Position numbers and translations under genes: made by a program. Shown here piece by piece: positions 17,986 through 28,006 of a stretch of DNA of 64,000 nt; position 1 is the first letter of the stretch; each line of letters begins with the position of its first letter. This DNA comes from Candidatus Wolfebacteria bacterium GW2011_GWB1_47_1. GTDB taxonomy: Bacteria > Patescibacteriota > Minisyncoccia > UBA6257 > UBA9933. The notes beneath the pieces were generated by a model that saw only the letters and a list, made by a program, of their open reading frames with translations, searched no databases and was not told the origin of the DNA. The DNA lies in contig CP011209.1 in the NCBI GenBank assembly GCA_001029635.1, positions 222,866 to 286,865 of the forward strand, given 5' to 3'.

Positions 17986-18812
17986 AACCCCGCTTCAAGA
18001 TAATCCTCATCTGCCTTATCATCCTCGACCTGCTGGCGTGGAGTAATATTGTGTTCGGTACATTCGGCAAGCGGCTTGAGATGTATTTTTTTGATGTCGG
18101 TCAAGGGGACAGCGAAATGATTGTTATGCCGGGGAATGTGAAGATACTTATCGATGGCGGGCCGGATAATGGGAAGGTAGTGTCCCAGTTGGATGACAGC
18201 GCGTCATGGCACGATCGCTATATAGATCTGGTAATGATCTCGCATGCGGAGCTCGACCATTTTGGGGGATTGCTCGACGTGGTACAGCGGTATGAGATTG
18301 GTATGATCATATACAACGGAAACGGAAGCGATTCGGAAAGCTTCAAGGAGCTTGCGCAACGGGCAAAGGAGCAGAAGATCCCGGTGATTGTAGTAGCTGA
18401 GGGGGATAGCATAGAGTATTTGGATAATAAGATGAAGATATTATCTGCGCAGGGGAAGAATAGGAATGAGGGCGCAATCGTCGCGAAATTCACAGGAGGG
18501 GGTGTGTCTGCGCTATTTACCGGGGATATCGGTAGGGAAACAGAAAAGGAGTTGATAAAAGATGGGGATATAAAAGCGGATATTATTAAGATCCCGCATC
18601 ACGGGTCGAAGTTCTCGGCGACTGAGGAATTCTTGAAAAGCGTCCAGCCGAAGATAGCAATTATAGAGGTTGGTAAAAACTCCTACGGACACCCGACTAA
18701 AGAGGTATTAGAGCGGATTAAAAAGACAAAGGCACGACTATTTCGCACCGATACTGATGGCATGGTGCGGCTAGTGGTCGAGAACGGAACAATCAAACAG
18801 TACGAGGACTGA
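17982..18812 (+). CDS. ComEC C-terminal MBL-fold (beta-lactamase-like) domain encoded as a separate ORF
   Basis: FDVGQGDS..., ISHAELDHFGG, IPHHGS metal-binding motifs; ATGA overlap with the upstream comEC part. Confidence 0.75.
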   Translation: MKPRFKIILICLIILDLLAWSNIVFGTFGKRLEMYFFDVGQGDSEMIVMPGNVKILIDGGPDNGKVVSQLDDSASWHDRYIDLVMISHAELDHFGGLLDVVQRYEIGMIIYNGNGSDSESFKELAQRAKEQKIPVIVVAEGDSIEYLDNKMKILSAQGKNRNEGAIVAKFTGGGVSALFTGDIGRETEKELIKDGDIKADIIKIPHHGSKFSATEEFLKSVQPKIAIIEVGKNSYGHPTKEVLERIKKTKARLFRTDTDGMVRLVVENGTIKQYED

Positions 18813-18815
18813 TAA

Positions 18816-19550
18816 TTAGACGGTAGAATCCCAAATAATATCAAACATAGATTTAAAAACGTCTATCATCGCCGGTATGGTGATCGCGACCGCCAGCGAA
18901 TCAAGTTCAGGGCTGATGATTAGGATGCTATCACTGAATATATTGATGGTGCTTTTAAACGTGTATTTTTCAGGAAGATATTTGAATTCCCTCAATAGCG
19001 ATTGATCGATCGGATTACTTGTAGCAGATTCGGCGGAGAGAAGAAGCTTTGTTTTGATTTTCTGCTTTGCGCGTTGTTCTCGAAAGCGCTTAAAAAAATC
19101 TTGCGCCATACCCTCCCAGGTAAGTACGTTTCCAATGACATAGTGTTCGCTGCCTGGGCGGTCGGCTAGTGTTTCATTGTAAAAAAGTTCGAGCTCTTCT
19201 CTGGTTTCGATAAAACGGAGGCCAAAAGGCTTGAGCGGTGTTTTCTCGATAGATTTTAAGTAGGGGACTACGCTATTGAGCATGTCCAGCTTCTTCTCGT
19301 AGATGCGAGGCAATTTTTGTGGGTCAACGGCATGGTACACCCGCTTACCCTTTTTAAAATAGAGAAGAACAACCCCCTTTTCCGCGAGTGATTTAAGAGG
19401 TGCATAAATAGAGGCGCGTTTTGCTCCGATTGTTTTGGCAATAGTGCTAGCAGGAGCCCCTCCAAGCTTAAGGCAGGCAAGATACGCATCGATCTCTATT
19501 TGAGAAAGGCCAAAGTGCGTTAAAACCAAAAGATCCCTAGAGTGATTCAT
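18816..19550 (-). CDS. TrmB-family transcriptional regulator (cassette 1)
   Basis: N-terminal wHTH matching TrmB (EIDAYLACLKLGGAPASTIAKTIGAKRASIY); divergent from SBP 19723..20850. Confidence 0.65.
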   Translation of the reverse strand: MNHSRDLLVLTHFGLSQIEIDAYLACLKLGGAPASTIAKTIGAKRASIYAPLKSLAEKGVVLLYFKKGKRVYHAVDPQKLPRIYEKKLDMLNSVVPYLKSIEKTPLKPFGLRFIETREELELFYNETLADRPGSEHYVIGNVLTWEGMAQDFFKRFREQRAKQKIKTKLLLSAESATSNPIDQSLLREFKYLPEKYTFKSTINIFSDSILIISPELDSLAVAITIPAMIDVFKSMFDIIWDSTV

Positions 19551-19722
19551 ATGTTTAAATAATACAACACTTTTTATATATAGTAAAATAATGCAGTATT
19601 TATGCCATAAAAATAAGCCAATGAGTTTTAAATTATGGACAACTGGACAGAATTGAGTTATTGTGGCGATATACTAAATAAAAGGATATCGGATCCGATC
19701 GACCGATCTCTTAATAAACGAT

Positions 19723-20850
19723 ATGAATAAAATAACAAAGATAGTCGCGGGTGTTGGTCTTATATTGATGGCCGTAGGGGTGTATACGATGGTTAAATCA
19801 GCGCCAGAAAGCACGGTCATAAAGATAGGTGTCATCGGAACACTTACGGGCAATGCCGCATACTTCGGGCAGCAGGAGTTGAGGGGTGTGGAGTTGGCGA
19901 GGGATGAGATTAATAAAAATGGCGGGATAAACGGAAAAATGGTAGAGCTTATTGTTGAGGATAGTGCGGCGGCTCCGGCAACCGCAGTAAGTGCGGCCAG
20001 AAAATTGATCGAAACGGATAACGTAAAGTACATCGTAGGAGATTCCTGGAATTCGACGGTTATCCCGATGCTTCCAGTCATTAATGAAAATAAGGTGATT
20101 CTGATCTCACCATTCGCGGGACTCAATCAAATGAGTCAGGACGATTATTTCTTCAGGACGATCGCAAGCACGAAGGATATGATGGACGCATTGGCAGTGT
20201 ATGCGTATGACAAGGGAAACGCGCGTAGTGTCGCAATAGTGCAGGCAAAAAATCCGTTCGGAGAAGAACACACAAAATATTTCAAGGAGGCATTTGAAAA
20301 GCGAGGAGGAGTTATTGTCGCAATAGAGGGTGTGGAGTTAACGCAGGAAGATGTGCGAACAGAACTAATAAAGATAAAGGCAAAGAAACCCGATACGATA
20401 CTGAATATTCATGCGGCTGGTCCCAAAATGGGCGTAACGCTAAAGCAGGCAAAAGAGTTGGGAATCAAGGTAAGCTGGCTCGGTCAGTTGGGAGCAGAAA
20501 ACGCAACGCTGCAAAAGGACTACAAGGATATCGCCGAAGGCATTGTGTATCCGTATCCGTTTGATGTGATGTCTGGCCAGGAGGAGGCGAAACGATTTGC
20601 GGCAATGTATCAGGAAAAATATCACGAAATGCCAGAGCTCGTCGCAGCAAATTCCTACGACGCCATGATGATCTTGGCAAAAACAATCGCGGTGGCGGGT
20701 GATGACACGCAGAAGGCAAAAGAATTCATGGGCACGATAAAAGATTTTGCTGGCGCAGGAGGATCGTTATCGTTTGATCAGAACGGAGACGTGAAGAAGG
20801 ATATCATAATAAAGACGATGGAAGACGGGATATTCGTAAAGGCGGAATAA
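19723..20850 (+). CDS. Leu/Ile/Val-binding-protein-family (LivJ-like) ABC substrate-binding protein, membrane-anchored (cassette 1)
   Basis: N-terminal TM anchor; IKIGVIGTLTGNAAYFGQ..., INKNGGINGK...VEDS motifs of the type-I periplasmic-binding-protein (Peripla_BP_6) family. Confidence 0.8.
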   Translation: MNKITKIVAGVGLILMAVGVYTMVKSAPESTVIKIGVIGTLTGNAAYFGQQELRGVELARDEINKNGGINGKMVELIVEDSAAAPATAVSAARKLIETDNVKYIVGDSWNSTVIPMLPVINENKVILISPFAGLNQMSQDDYFFRTIASTKDMMDALAVYAYDKGNARSVAIVQAKNPFGEEHTKYFKEAFEKRGGVIVAIEGVELTQEDVRTELIKIKAKKPDTILNIHAAGPKMGVTLKQAKELGIKVSWLGQLGAENATLQKDYKDIAEGIVYPYPFDVMSGQEEAKRFAAMYQEKYHEMPELVAANSYDAMMILAKTIAVAGDDTQKAKEFMGTIKDFAGAGGSLSFDQNGDVKKDIIIKTMEDGIFVKAE

Positions 20851-21025
20851 ATGAGCAAAAAGAGCCGATAAAAAGGCTCTTTTTGTAATACGGGGTCGCG
20901 TGAGAAAGTGCGACCAGCGAGCTATTCCGAGAGAAAAGCGATGAGGTTGACAAATACGGATAATGTGTTATCGTATTTTTAGCAGTTTAGATCATGTGGC
21001 TATGAGCCACGCACGGAGGTAGCGA

Positions 21026-21469
21026 ATGGAAAAGAAACACGAGGATCTGGTGAGGTTATCGATGGTCTTGATCGCTCTGATGGACGCACGGTTCGTACGG
21101 GTCGACGGCTTGCAGTACAAGTCGCTCTTTTCGAAGGATGTGTGCATCATCGCCAAGGGCGAGAGATGTGCCACTAAGCCGGTCATCAAGACCGACTGCA
21201 ACAACGGCAAGCTCGCCGTAGTGCTCCCGACCGGCACGGTCTGGCTCCGGGCCAATGACGCCGGTGCGAGCGAGGCAATGCGCGCGGTACGCGAAGCCGC
21301 AGACACGATCCCGGTAGTAAACGGGTGCCACGTTCCGCTCTCGAACCAGGAGGAAGTGCCGTACCACGACCTCCTTAAGCGGTTTGCGAACCCCGAGTGG
21401 GAGCCGGAGTATCTCCTGACGGAAGAAGCCCGCGAAGCCGGGTGCGAGATTGGAGGGTTCCCCTACTAG
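21026..21469 (+). CDS. hypothetical protein, GC-rich ORFan
   Basis: GGAGGT RBS before the ATG; markedly more GC-rich than its flanks; the antisense ORF 21056..21478 is treated as spurious. Confidence 0.4.
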   Translation: MEKKHEDLVRLSMVLIALMDARFVRVDGLQYKSLFSKDVCIIAKGERCATKPVIKTDCNNGKLAVVLPTGTVWLRANDAGASEAMRAVREAADTIPVVNGCHVPLSNQEEVPYHDLLKRFANPEWEPEYLLTEEAREAGCEIGGFPY

Positions 21470-21515
21470 AGCTAGCAAGATACGCTAGCATGCCTGGGCC
21501 CGGATTTATCCGGGC

Positions 21516-22259
21516 TCATTTTTTATGAGGAGTGGAAAGGCTATCCCACATAATTGCAAAGACCATTTTCATCATGGAGCTAATGGTCTCACTTTCAATA
21601 ACAACAGCCCAATGCTCCTTTTCAAATGAGGTAATTAATACTTTATTGCCATAAATCTCGATATCGGTAACAAAATGTTTGTTGGAAGGGAGTATTTTAG
21701 TTTGTCGGAGAGATTCTTTGTCAGTAGAAAAAACCTGGAGAGAAGTGGGGGAGGAGTCGATGATCGCACGGATGTGTATTCCTCGTTCGATACGCGTGCG
21801 GATATAGGAAGCTATCCATTCGGGGCCTAAGAAATTAAGCCCGCTTTCTGCCGATGTGATACTGAGAATTTCTTGGTCGTTTCCAGATATGGAATCTATA
21901 TAAGCGGAGCGGATTTCCTCGAGAGTTTCATAAAATCGAACCTTTGGCTTGCCAAGCTCAGCGTTGGAGATACCCCTTAATTCCGGGAGAATTTTATCAA
22001 GGAGTGTTCGCTGACGATCTATAAGCGAACTGAGTGTTTCGGGATTGGATGCGATAAATAAGCGCTTCTTACCCTTTATGGTTTCATTAAAAAGACCACG
22101 AGTCTTCAGATCGGAGATAATGCCATAAATAGTGCTTCGCTTGATGCCGGATTTTTTGGCGATGTCTTGAATGGAGCAGGGGCCTAATTCAAGGGAAGCT
22201 AGATAAATACTTGCTTCTTTTTCGTCCAGACCTAACTGTAAAAGGGAGTTTTTAAGCAT
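21516..22259 (-). CDS. TrmB-family transcriptional regulator (cassette 2)
   Basis: wHTH LGLDEKEASIYLASLELGPCSIQDIAKKSGIKRSTIYGIISDL. Confidence 0.7.
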   Translation of the reverse strand: MLKNSLLQLGLDEKEASIYLASLELGPCSIQDIAKKSGIKRSTIYGIISDLKTRGLFNETIKGKKRLFIASNPETLSSLIDRQRTLLDKILPELRGISNAELGKPKVRFYETLEEIRSAYIDSISGNDQEILSITSAESGLNFLGPEWIASYIRTRIERGIHIRAIIDSSPTSLQVFSTDKESLRQTKILPSNKHFVTDIEIYGNKVLITSFEKEHWAVVIESETISSMMKMVFAIMWDSLSTPHKK

Positions 22260-22440
22260 GGTTATAAAATGTCGATATTTCCGACAACATTTATAGCATA
22301 TAATATGAGTATTATAAAGTCAATATGTAAATCAGATATAATAATGCCGAAACTATTGACAAATATAAATAGTGTGATACTATGCAATAAAGATAGAAAT
22401 TAGTCAATTTCTAAGCGAATAATTAACACATATTTACTAT

Positions 22441-23568
22441 ATGATGAATAAAATAACGAAATCAGTTCTTCTGATCGCCGTTGCAACGCTGATTCTTGGA
22501 GGGAGCTATTCGGTATACAAAAAGCAGGGCGGAAGCGAGGAGCAAATGATAATAATAGGAGCGGTGCTGCCGTTGAGTGGGGATTACGCTCCGTATGCCG
22601 AGGGCTCGCGCAACGCCGCCATTATGGCGATCGAGGATTCGGGGATGCAGGATAGGGTAAAATTTATTGTAGAAGACGATAAGGGGTGTATGCCGGTCGG
22701 AGGAGTAAGCGCGGCGCAAAAGTTGATAAATATCGACAAGGTGAACGCATTGTATGGGCCGATGTGCTCATCGGAGGCGTTATCAGTTGCGCCGCTGACA
22801 GAGCCAGTAAAAATCCCAATGGTGATCGCCGCAGCTACATCAAAGACCTTAAGTGGAGCTGGAAATTATATATTCAGGACAATTGCATCTGATTCGGTTC
22901 GATCATATGCGGTTGCAAAGTATGCGTACGAAAAAGGTTTTAAAAAGGCAGCGTTCATGTTTGATAATAGTCAGGACGCATTGGTGCAGGAAAAAAACGA
23001 CGCAAAGGAGGCGTTCGTTTCAGCCGGAGGAGAGGCGGTTTTAGAAGATTCGTTTGGAGGGAAGGACATGGATTTTAAGACGCAGCTGAGTAAGATAAAA
23101 GCGTCTGGAGCGGATGTGGTATTTATAGGCGCAAGCTATAAGCAAGTGGCGCTCATGGTAAAGCAGGCGCGGGAAATGAAGATCAGTGTGCAATTTGTTT
23201 CAACGGATGAGTCAGTTGATATAAAAGAATTTTTCGTGACGGGAGGGAGTTATGTCGAAGGTGTTATCGCACCGGCAATGGTAAAGCCGAGCACCGAAGA
23301 GTCAAAGACATTTGCAGCGAGGTATAAGGCGCGCTTCGGAGTAGATGCGACTATCTACACAGCAGAAGGATATGATGCGATGATGCTTTTGCTCAAGGCG
23401 ATCAAAGAAGAGGGAATGAGTGGCGATGAGATAAAAGCAGGGTTGCTCAAGGTGGGTAATAATTATCCGGGAGCAAGTGGTATCATAACATTCAACGAAA
23501 AGGGAGATGTTACGAAGCCGGCTGTTGTGAAAGTGGCAAAGAATGGGGTATTCGAAGAAATAAAATAA
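22441..23568 (+). CDS. LivJ-like ABC substrate-binding protein (cassette 2)
   Basis: TM anchor plus Peripla_BP_6-like motifs (IIIGAVLPLSGDYAPYA); terminator downstream. Confidence 0.8.
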   Translation: MMNKITKSVLLIAVATLILGGSYSVYKKQGGSEEQMIIIGAVLPLSGDYAPYAEGSRNAAIMAIEDSGMQDRVKFIVEDDKGCMPVGGVSAAQKLINIDKVNALYGPMCSSEALSVAPLTEPVKIPMVIAAATSKTLSGAGNYIFRTIASDSVRSYAVAKYAYEKGFKKAAFMFDNSQDALVQEKNDAKEAFVSAGGEAVLEDSFGGKDMDFKTQLSKIKASGADVVFIGASYKQVALMVKQAREMKISVQFVSTDESVDIKEFFVTGGSYVEGVIAPAMVKPSTEESKTFAARYKARFGVDATIYTAEGYDAMMLLLKAIKEEGMSGDEIKAGLLKVGNNYPGASGIITFNEKGDVTKPAVVKVAKNGVFEEIK

Positions 23569-23629
23569 ACTAAAAAGCGGCCTAAGCCGCTTTTTAGTTT
23601 TGGATAGAAAACCTGTATAATCAAAACGA

Positions 23630-24496
23630 ATGGGTATCCTTCCACAGATCATAGCAAATAGTATTATTGCGGGAGCAATTTATGCGCTTATTGCGCTTGG
23701 ATTTAATTTGATCTATCGGACGACGAAGTTTTTTAACCTCGCTCATGGCGCATTAACGGTGGTTGGCGGATACGCCATGTTCTTTTTGTATAAGCAGCTC
23801 GAATGGAATATATACGCGAGTGCTTTGGTTTCGGTGCTGTTTACGGGAGGGGCTGGTTATATGCTTGATAAGCTTGTGTTTAGGCGGTTGCGTAATCGTG
23901 GTGCGTCACAGATGGTGTTTTTAATTGCCGCTCTTGGTTTGCTTACGGTTATTCAGGCAATTATCGCAATTCTCTTTACGAGCCAGTTCCAAACACTCGC
24001 CGACAGTGCGATGCAGCAACAGATCTATGATATATTTGGAGGGATTATTACACAGACACAAGCGATCATTGCAATTCTTGGAGTAATGATCCTGGTTGGG
24101 ATAACCTGGATGCTTAAGTATACGATGTTTGGCCGTGCGATAAACGCGGTAAGTGACGACGAAGAAGTAGCTAAGATGGTAGGAATCCACACTAATAAGA
24201 TCATCGGCTGGGTGTTTTTTATCGGATCGGCCATCGCAGGATTATCCGGGATACTCGTTGGGTTTGATACAGGTCTGGAACCGACAATGGGAATGAGTTT
24301 GTTGATGAAGGGTGTGATAGCGGCAATTATTGGTGGCATCGGTACAATGCACGGGGCATTTGCGGGAGCATTTCTGTTGGGGTTTGCGGAAAATTTTGGC
24401 GTATGGCAGTTTTCTGGCGAATGGAAGGATGCAATTGCATTTATCATTTTGATAATTTTTCTATTATTTAGACCGAAGGGAATTTTTAAACGGTGA
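23630..24496 (+). CDS. livH: branched-chain amino acid ABC transporter permease LivH
   Basis: Multi-TM protein with the LivH-type sequence (IIANSIIAGAIYALIALGFNLIY...), 288 aa; TGTATAAT extended -10 at about 23610. Confidence 0.85.
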   Translation: MGILPQIIANSIIAGAIYALIALGFNLIYRTTKFFNLAHGALTVVGGYAMFFLYKQLEWNIYASALVSVLFTGGAGYMLDKLVFRRLRNRGASQMVFLIAALGLLTVIQAIIAILFTSQFQTLADSAMQQQIYDIFGGIITQTQAIIAILGVMILVGITWMLKYTMFGRAINAVSDDEEVAKMVGIHTNKIIGWVFFIGSAIAGLSGILVGFDTGLEPTMGMSLLMKGVIAAIIGGIGTMHGAFAGAFLLGFAENFGVWQFSGEWKDAIAFIILIIFLLFRPKGIFKR

Positions 24497-24529
24497 TATA
24501 AAGGATTTAAGATTTAGGATGTAAGATGT

Positions 24530-24913
24530 ATGAATGAGAAAATCAAAGATTTTAAAGATATTCTTGCATGGCAAGAAGCGCATAAATTGGTCATAATGAT
24601 CTATCGGGCGACGGATAAATTTCCTCAGTCGGAAATCTTTGGCCTAACGAATCAAATGCGGCGAGCAGCAGTATCTATTACATCAAATATTGCTGAAGGT
24701 TTTGGAAGAAATGGCTATAAGGAAAAAATTCAATTCTATTACATGGCACAAGGATCTTTAATTGAATTGAAAAACCAAATACTTATCGCAAAAGACGTTG
24801 GGTTTTTGAAGCAAGATGGATATGAAAAAATTATTGAGCAAGCGGATGCGGCACATCGGCTTCTACAGGGACTAATAACAAAATCAAAATCCTTTTTAAC
24901 CCCCAAGTCTTAA
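24530..24913 (+). CDS. four-helix-bundle protein (23S rRNA intervening-sequence protein family)
   Basis: Motifs DKFPQSEIFGLTNQMRRAAVSITSNIAEGFGR typical of TIGR02436-type four-helix-bundle proteins; sits between livH and livM. Confidence 0.7.
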   Translation: MNEKIKDFKDILAWQEAHKLVIMIYRATDKFPQSEIFGLTNQMRRAAVSITSNIAEGFGRNGYKEKIQFYYMAQGSLIELKNQILIAKDVGFLKQDGYEKIIEQADAAHRLLQGLITKSKSFLTPKS

Positions 24914-24963
24914 TCCAGTATTTCCTCTTAGATCTTACATCCTAAATCATAAATCCTCCCCTG

Positions 24964-25833
24964 ATGCCCTATCTTATTCACATCGCAATACTGTTTTTCA
25001 TCTACGCAATCCTCGGCGTTAGTTTGAACTTGGTTGTTGGGTATGCGGGATTATTGTCTGTTGCGCATGCTGCCTTTTATGGCATCGGTGCGTATGTGAC
25101 CGCTATTGCATTGACTCAGTACGGGATAAATTTCTTCGTCTCTGTTCTTCTTGGTATGCTTCTTTCGGGAATCGTCAGTTTATTAGTTGGCATGGTGTTT
25201 AGTAAATTTCGAGATGATTATTACGCACTTGCATCGCTTGGGTTTAATGTAATCGTATTTAGTATTTTTTTGAACTGGGAAAGTATGACAAAGGGGCCAC
25301 TGGGAATCCCGGGGGTGGGGAAGCCAACGGTATTTGGATACGAGATCGCCTCAAATGGAACGTTTCTTTTGCTTGCGATTGCGTTGTTTGCACTGGTGTA
25401 TATGGTGGCAACTAAAATAGATGGATCATCCTTTGGGAGAGTGCTTAAGGCAATTCGCGAAGATGAGCAAGCACTTGAGGTGTTTGGGTACCGGGTAGAA
25501 TATTTCAAATTGGCGATCTTCGTGATCGGGGCCGCAATGGCATCGGTTGCTGGTTCGCTGTTCGCATCATATATAACGTACGTTGATCCCTCGTCATTCT
25601 CACTGAATGAATCCATATTCATCCTGGCTATCGTAATCATGGGCGGTCTGGGAAGCATTCGCGGGACACTCGCAGGTGCGCTATTTCTGGTTTTATTGCC
25701 CGAGGCCCTTAGGTTTGTTGGATTGCCAACTGATATAGCCGCGCAGTCGAGGCAGGTCATATACGGGGCGATTCTCGTACTTTTGATGGTATATCGGCCA
25801 AGGGGATTTGTGGGTGAGTACGAATTAAAATAG
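24964..25833 (+). CDS. livM: branched-chain amino acid ABC transporter permease LivM
   Basis: Multi-TM protein; LivM-like motifs (AHAAFYGIGAYV..., GGLGSIRG). Confidence 0.8.
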   Translation: MPYLIHIAILFFIYAILGVSLNLVVGYAGLLSVAHAAFYGIGAYVTAIALTQYGINFFVSVLLGMLLSGIVSLLVGMVFSKFRDDYYALASLGFNVIVFSIFLNWESMTKGPLGIPGVGKPTVFGYEIASNGTFLLLAIALFALVYMVATKIDGSSFGRVLKAIREDEQALEVFGYRVEYFKLAIFVIGAAMASVAGSLFASYITYVDPSSFSLNESIFILAIVIMGGLGSIRGTLAGALFLVLLPEALRFVGLPTDIAAQSRQVIYGAILVLLMVYRPRGFVGEYELK

Positions 25834-25913
25834 GGAAGCGACAAAAGAATATATATGTAAATATTCTTTACATATATATTGACAATATATTTTACAAAAG
25901 GTAGAATATATGC

Positions 25914-26684
25914 ATGATTAAAAACCTGCAAGAACTGAGGAAGAAAGGTGAAATTTCGCAGGAATATCTGGCGAAATACCTCGATATTTCAAGGCCAACG
26001 TTGGAACGGATAGAAAAGGGAGAAAGGGACATCACTATTTCGCAGGCCAAAAAGTTGGCAAGACTATTCGAGCTCTCCCTAGAAGAGCTGATCAGTGGGA
26101 AAAGCAAAGGTAAGATAGAAGTTGTTTTTGAAGGTAAAGATCAAAATCAGCCGAAGGAGGGTGTGGAAATAAGAATAAGCGTACCACAGAAAAAGTTAAA
26201 AAAATTTAAGGAAGCACTCCTATATATTTTAGAAAAGGTGGGCAGTAAACCGAATGTGGGCATGACGGTGATTTATAAATTGTTGTATTTTATCGATTTC
26301 GACTATTACGAAAAATTCGAAGAGCAGATCATCGGGGCGACGTATATCAAGAATCATTTCGGGCCGACCCCGGTTGAGTTCAAAAAAATAGTTGAGATGA
26401 TGGAAGAGCATAAGGAGCTCGAATCTATAAAGAGTAAATATTTCGATAAAGAGCAGAAAAAATATTTGCCATTAAGAAGGGCGGATGTGAGCGTATTTTC
26501 AGGGGAGGAAATAAAGCACATTGATGATGTACTGAGTAGATTTGCAGATAGATCGGCAAAAGATTTGAGCGACTATTCGCATAAAGATGTTCCGTGGATA
26601 GCGGCAGAAGATGGGGAGAAGATCGATTACGAGTCGGTATTTTATAGAACGAGGGAAACTTCCGTCAGAGAATATGAAGATTGA
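25914..26684 (+). CDS. XRE-family HTH fused to a Panacea (DUF4065/SocA-like) domain; putative PanA-type antitoxin
   Basis: N-terminal HTH_XRE (ELRKKGEISQEYLAKYLDISRPTLERIEKGER); C-terminal region (TVIYKLLYFIDFDYYEKF...TYIKNHFGPTP) matching the Panacea/DUF4065 signature; own TTGACA/TAGAATAT promoter. Confidence 0.6.
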   Translation: MIKNLQELRKKGEISQEYLAKYLDISRPTLERIEKGERDITISQAKKLARLFELSLEELISGKSKGKIEVVFEGKDQNQPKEGVEIRISVPQKKLKKFKEALLYILEKVGSKPNVGMTVIYKLLYFIDFDYYEKFEEQIIGATYIKNHFGPTPVEFKKIVEMMEEHKELESIKSKYFDKEQKKYLPLRRADVSVFSGEEIKHIDDVLSRFADRSAKDLSDYSHKDVPWIAAEDGEKIDYESVFYRTRETSVREYED

Positions 26685-27048
26685 ATATCGGGAGCCCATC
26701 GAAGAATTTAATAGGGACCTTAAAAAACTTCTAAAGAAATTTATAACGTTGGAAGAGGATTTGAGTACCGTAAAAATCAACGCAATTGAGCTGTATCACC
26801 TAAAGAAGATCGATAACGAATCGATATTTGCAATCGAACATTTTTGCAGCGAGGAGATAAAAGTATACAAGGTAAAAAAGTTTGCCTGCAAATGTCTAAA
26901 GGGCAGGGGGGTAAAAAGTGGAATAAGAATAATCTACGCGTATTATCCGAAAGATAATAGTGTGCAGTTTATAGAAATGTACTTCAAGGGAGTAAGGGAA
27001 AACGAAGATAAGGAAAGAATAAAAGAGTATTTAAAATCGGCTACATGA
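26674..27048 (+). CDS. HigB/Gp49-like (RelE/ParE superfamily) toxin candidate
   Basis: ATG overlaps the antitoxin stop by 11 nt. The C-terminal IRIIYAYYPKDNSVQFIEMYFKG...KERIKEYLKS resembles Gp49/HigB-family toxins (RVLYFF...IVLLHGF.KK..KTP..EI..A...EY). Confidence 0.5.
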   Translation: MKIEYREPIEEFNRDLKKLLKKFITLEEDLSTVKINAIELYHLKKIDNESIFAIEHFCSEEIKVYKVKKFACKCLKGRGVKSGIRIIYAYYPKDNSVQFIEMYFKGVRENEDKERIKEYLKSAT

Positions 27049-27189
27049 TGTAAAATACCCTTATCGGCTGAAATGAACGAAGTAGTAATAAGCAAAAGGA
27101 AATAAGCAAAAGGGAATAGAGAGATTCAGTAAAAATGCTGGCATCTACCCACCCTATCCCGATCTCCATTTTCCATTTTTCTAATTCAT

Positions 27190-27948
27190 ATGGACGCAAT
27201 ACAAATAAAAGAATTAAATAAGCACTTTAACGGCGTCGCAGCGATAGATAATTTGTCGGTCGTATTTGAGCAGGGAAAGATAACGGGTATTGTGGGTCCA
27301 AACGGGTCGGGGAAGACGACGTTAACTAATGTGCTCAGCGGAATGATTGCGTTCGATTCGGGTACAATCGCTATTCGAGAAAAGCAAAGGCAGAAAAAGG
27401 AGACTGCGTCATCTACTGCACGGTGTGGCATAACTCGAACGTTTCAGGAGGTTCGCCTCTTTGAACAACTAACGGTCCTTGATAATATATTGGTCGTATT
27501 GACCGAGCGAAGCGTTGGGGGGTCGTTGTTTGAACGGCATAGTGAAGGGCACGATAAAAAGGCCCAAGCAGTATTGGTGCGCGTGGGATTGTGGGAAAAG
27601 AGAAATCAACTCGCGCACAACCTCTCGTATGGACAAAGAAAATTATTGGAGATTGCACGGGCACTTGCGATGACTCATGCGGATGGCATCGGGAAGGGCA
27701 TAAATACGTTCCTATTCGATGAACCGTTCGCGGGTTTGTTCCCGGAGATGATTAAAACGATTACCTCGATCATTAAGGAGCTTAAGAGAGAAGGAAAGAC
27801 AGTTATCGTAATAGAACATAACATGCAGTTGATCAGGGAATTATGTGATCACTTGATCGTCTTGGATAGCGGTAAGCTGCTTGCGCAAGGGACTCCGGAG
27901 GAAGTATTGGAAAGGAGAGAAGTCATCGAAGCATATTTGGGGGAATAA
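27190..27948 (+). CDS. livG: ABC transporter ATP-binding protein LivG-like
   Basis: Walker A GPNGSGKTT, signature LSYGQRKLLEIARAL, Walker B LLFDEP. Confidence 0.8.
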   Translation: MDAIQIKELNKHFNGVAAIDNLSVVFEQGKITGIVGPNGSGKTTLTNVLSGMIAFDSGTIAIREKQRQKKETASSTARCGITRTFQEVRLFEQLTVLDNILVVLTERSVGGSLFERHSEGHDKKAQAVLVRVGLWEKRNQLAHNLSYGQRKLLEIARALAMTHADGIGKGINTFLFDEPFAGLFPEMIKTITSIIKELKREGKTVIVIEHNMQLIRELCDHLIVLDSGKLLAQGTPEEVLERREVIEAYLGE

Positions 27949-27982
27949 GGGGGCGAAAAATTATCTAATTTCTAACTAAAAA

Positions 27983-28005
27983 ATCCGCTTACGCGGATTT
28001 TTTAG
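27983..28005. terminator. bidirectional rho-independent terminator
   Basis: ATCCGCttacGCGGAT hairpin flanked by A- and T-runs. Confidence 0.7.
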
Positions 28006-28006
28006 T

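Noticed and set aside
21056-21478. 140-aa minus-strand ORF antisense to 21026..21469
   Set aside because: The + strand ORF has a GGAGGT RBS and an ATG. In GC-rich DNA, long antisense ORFs arise by chance.
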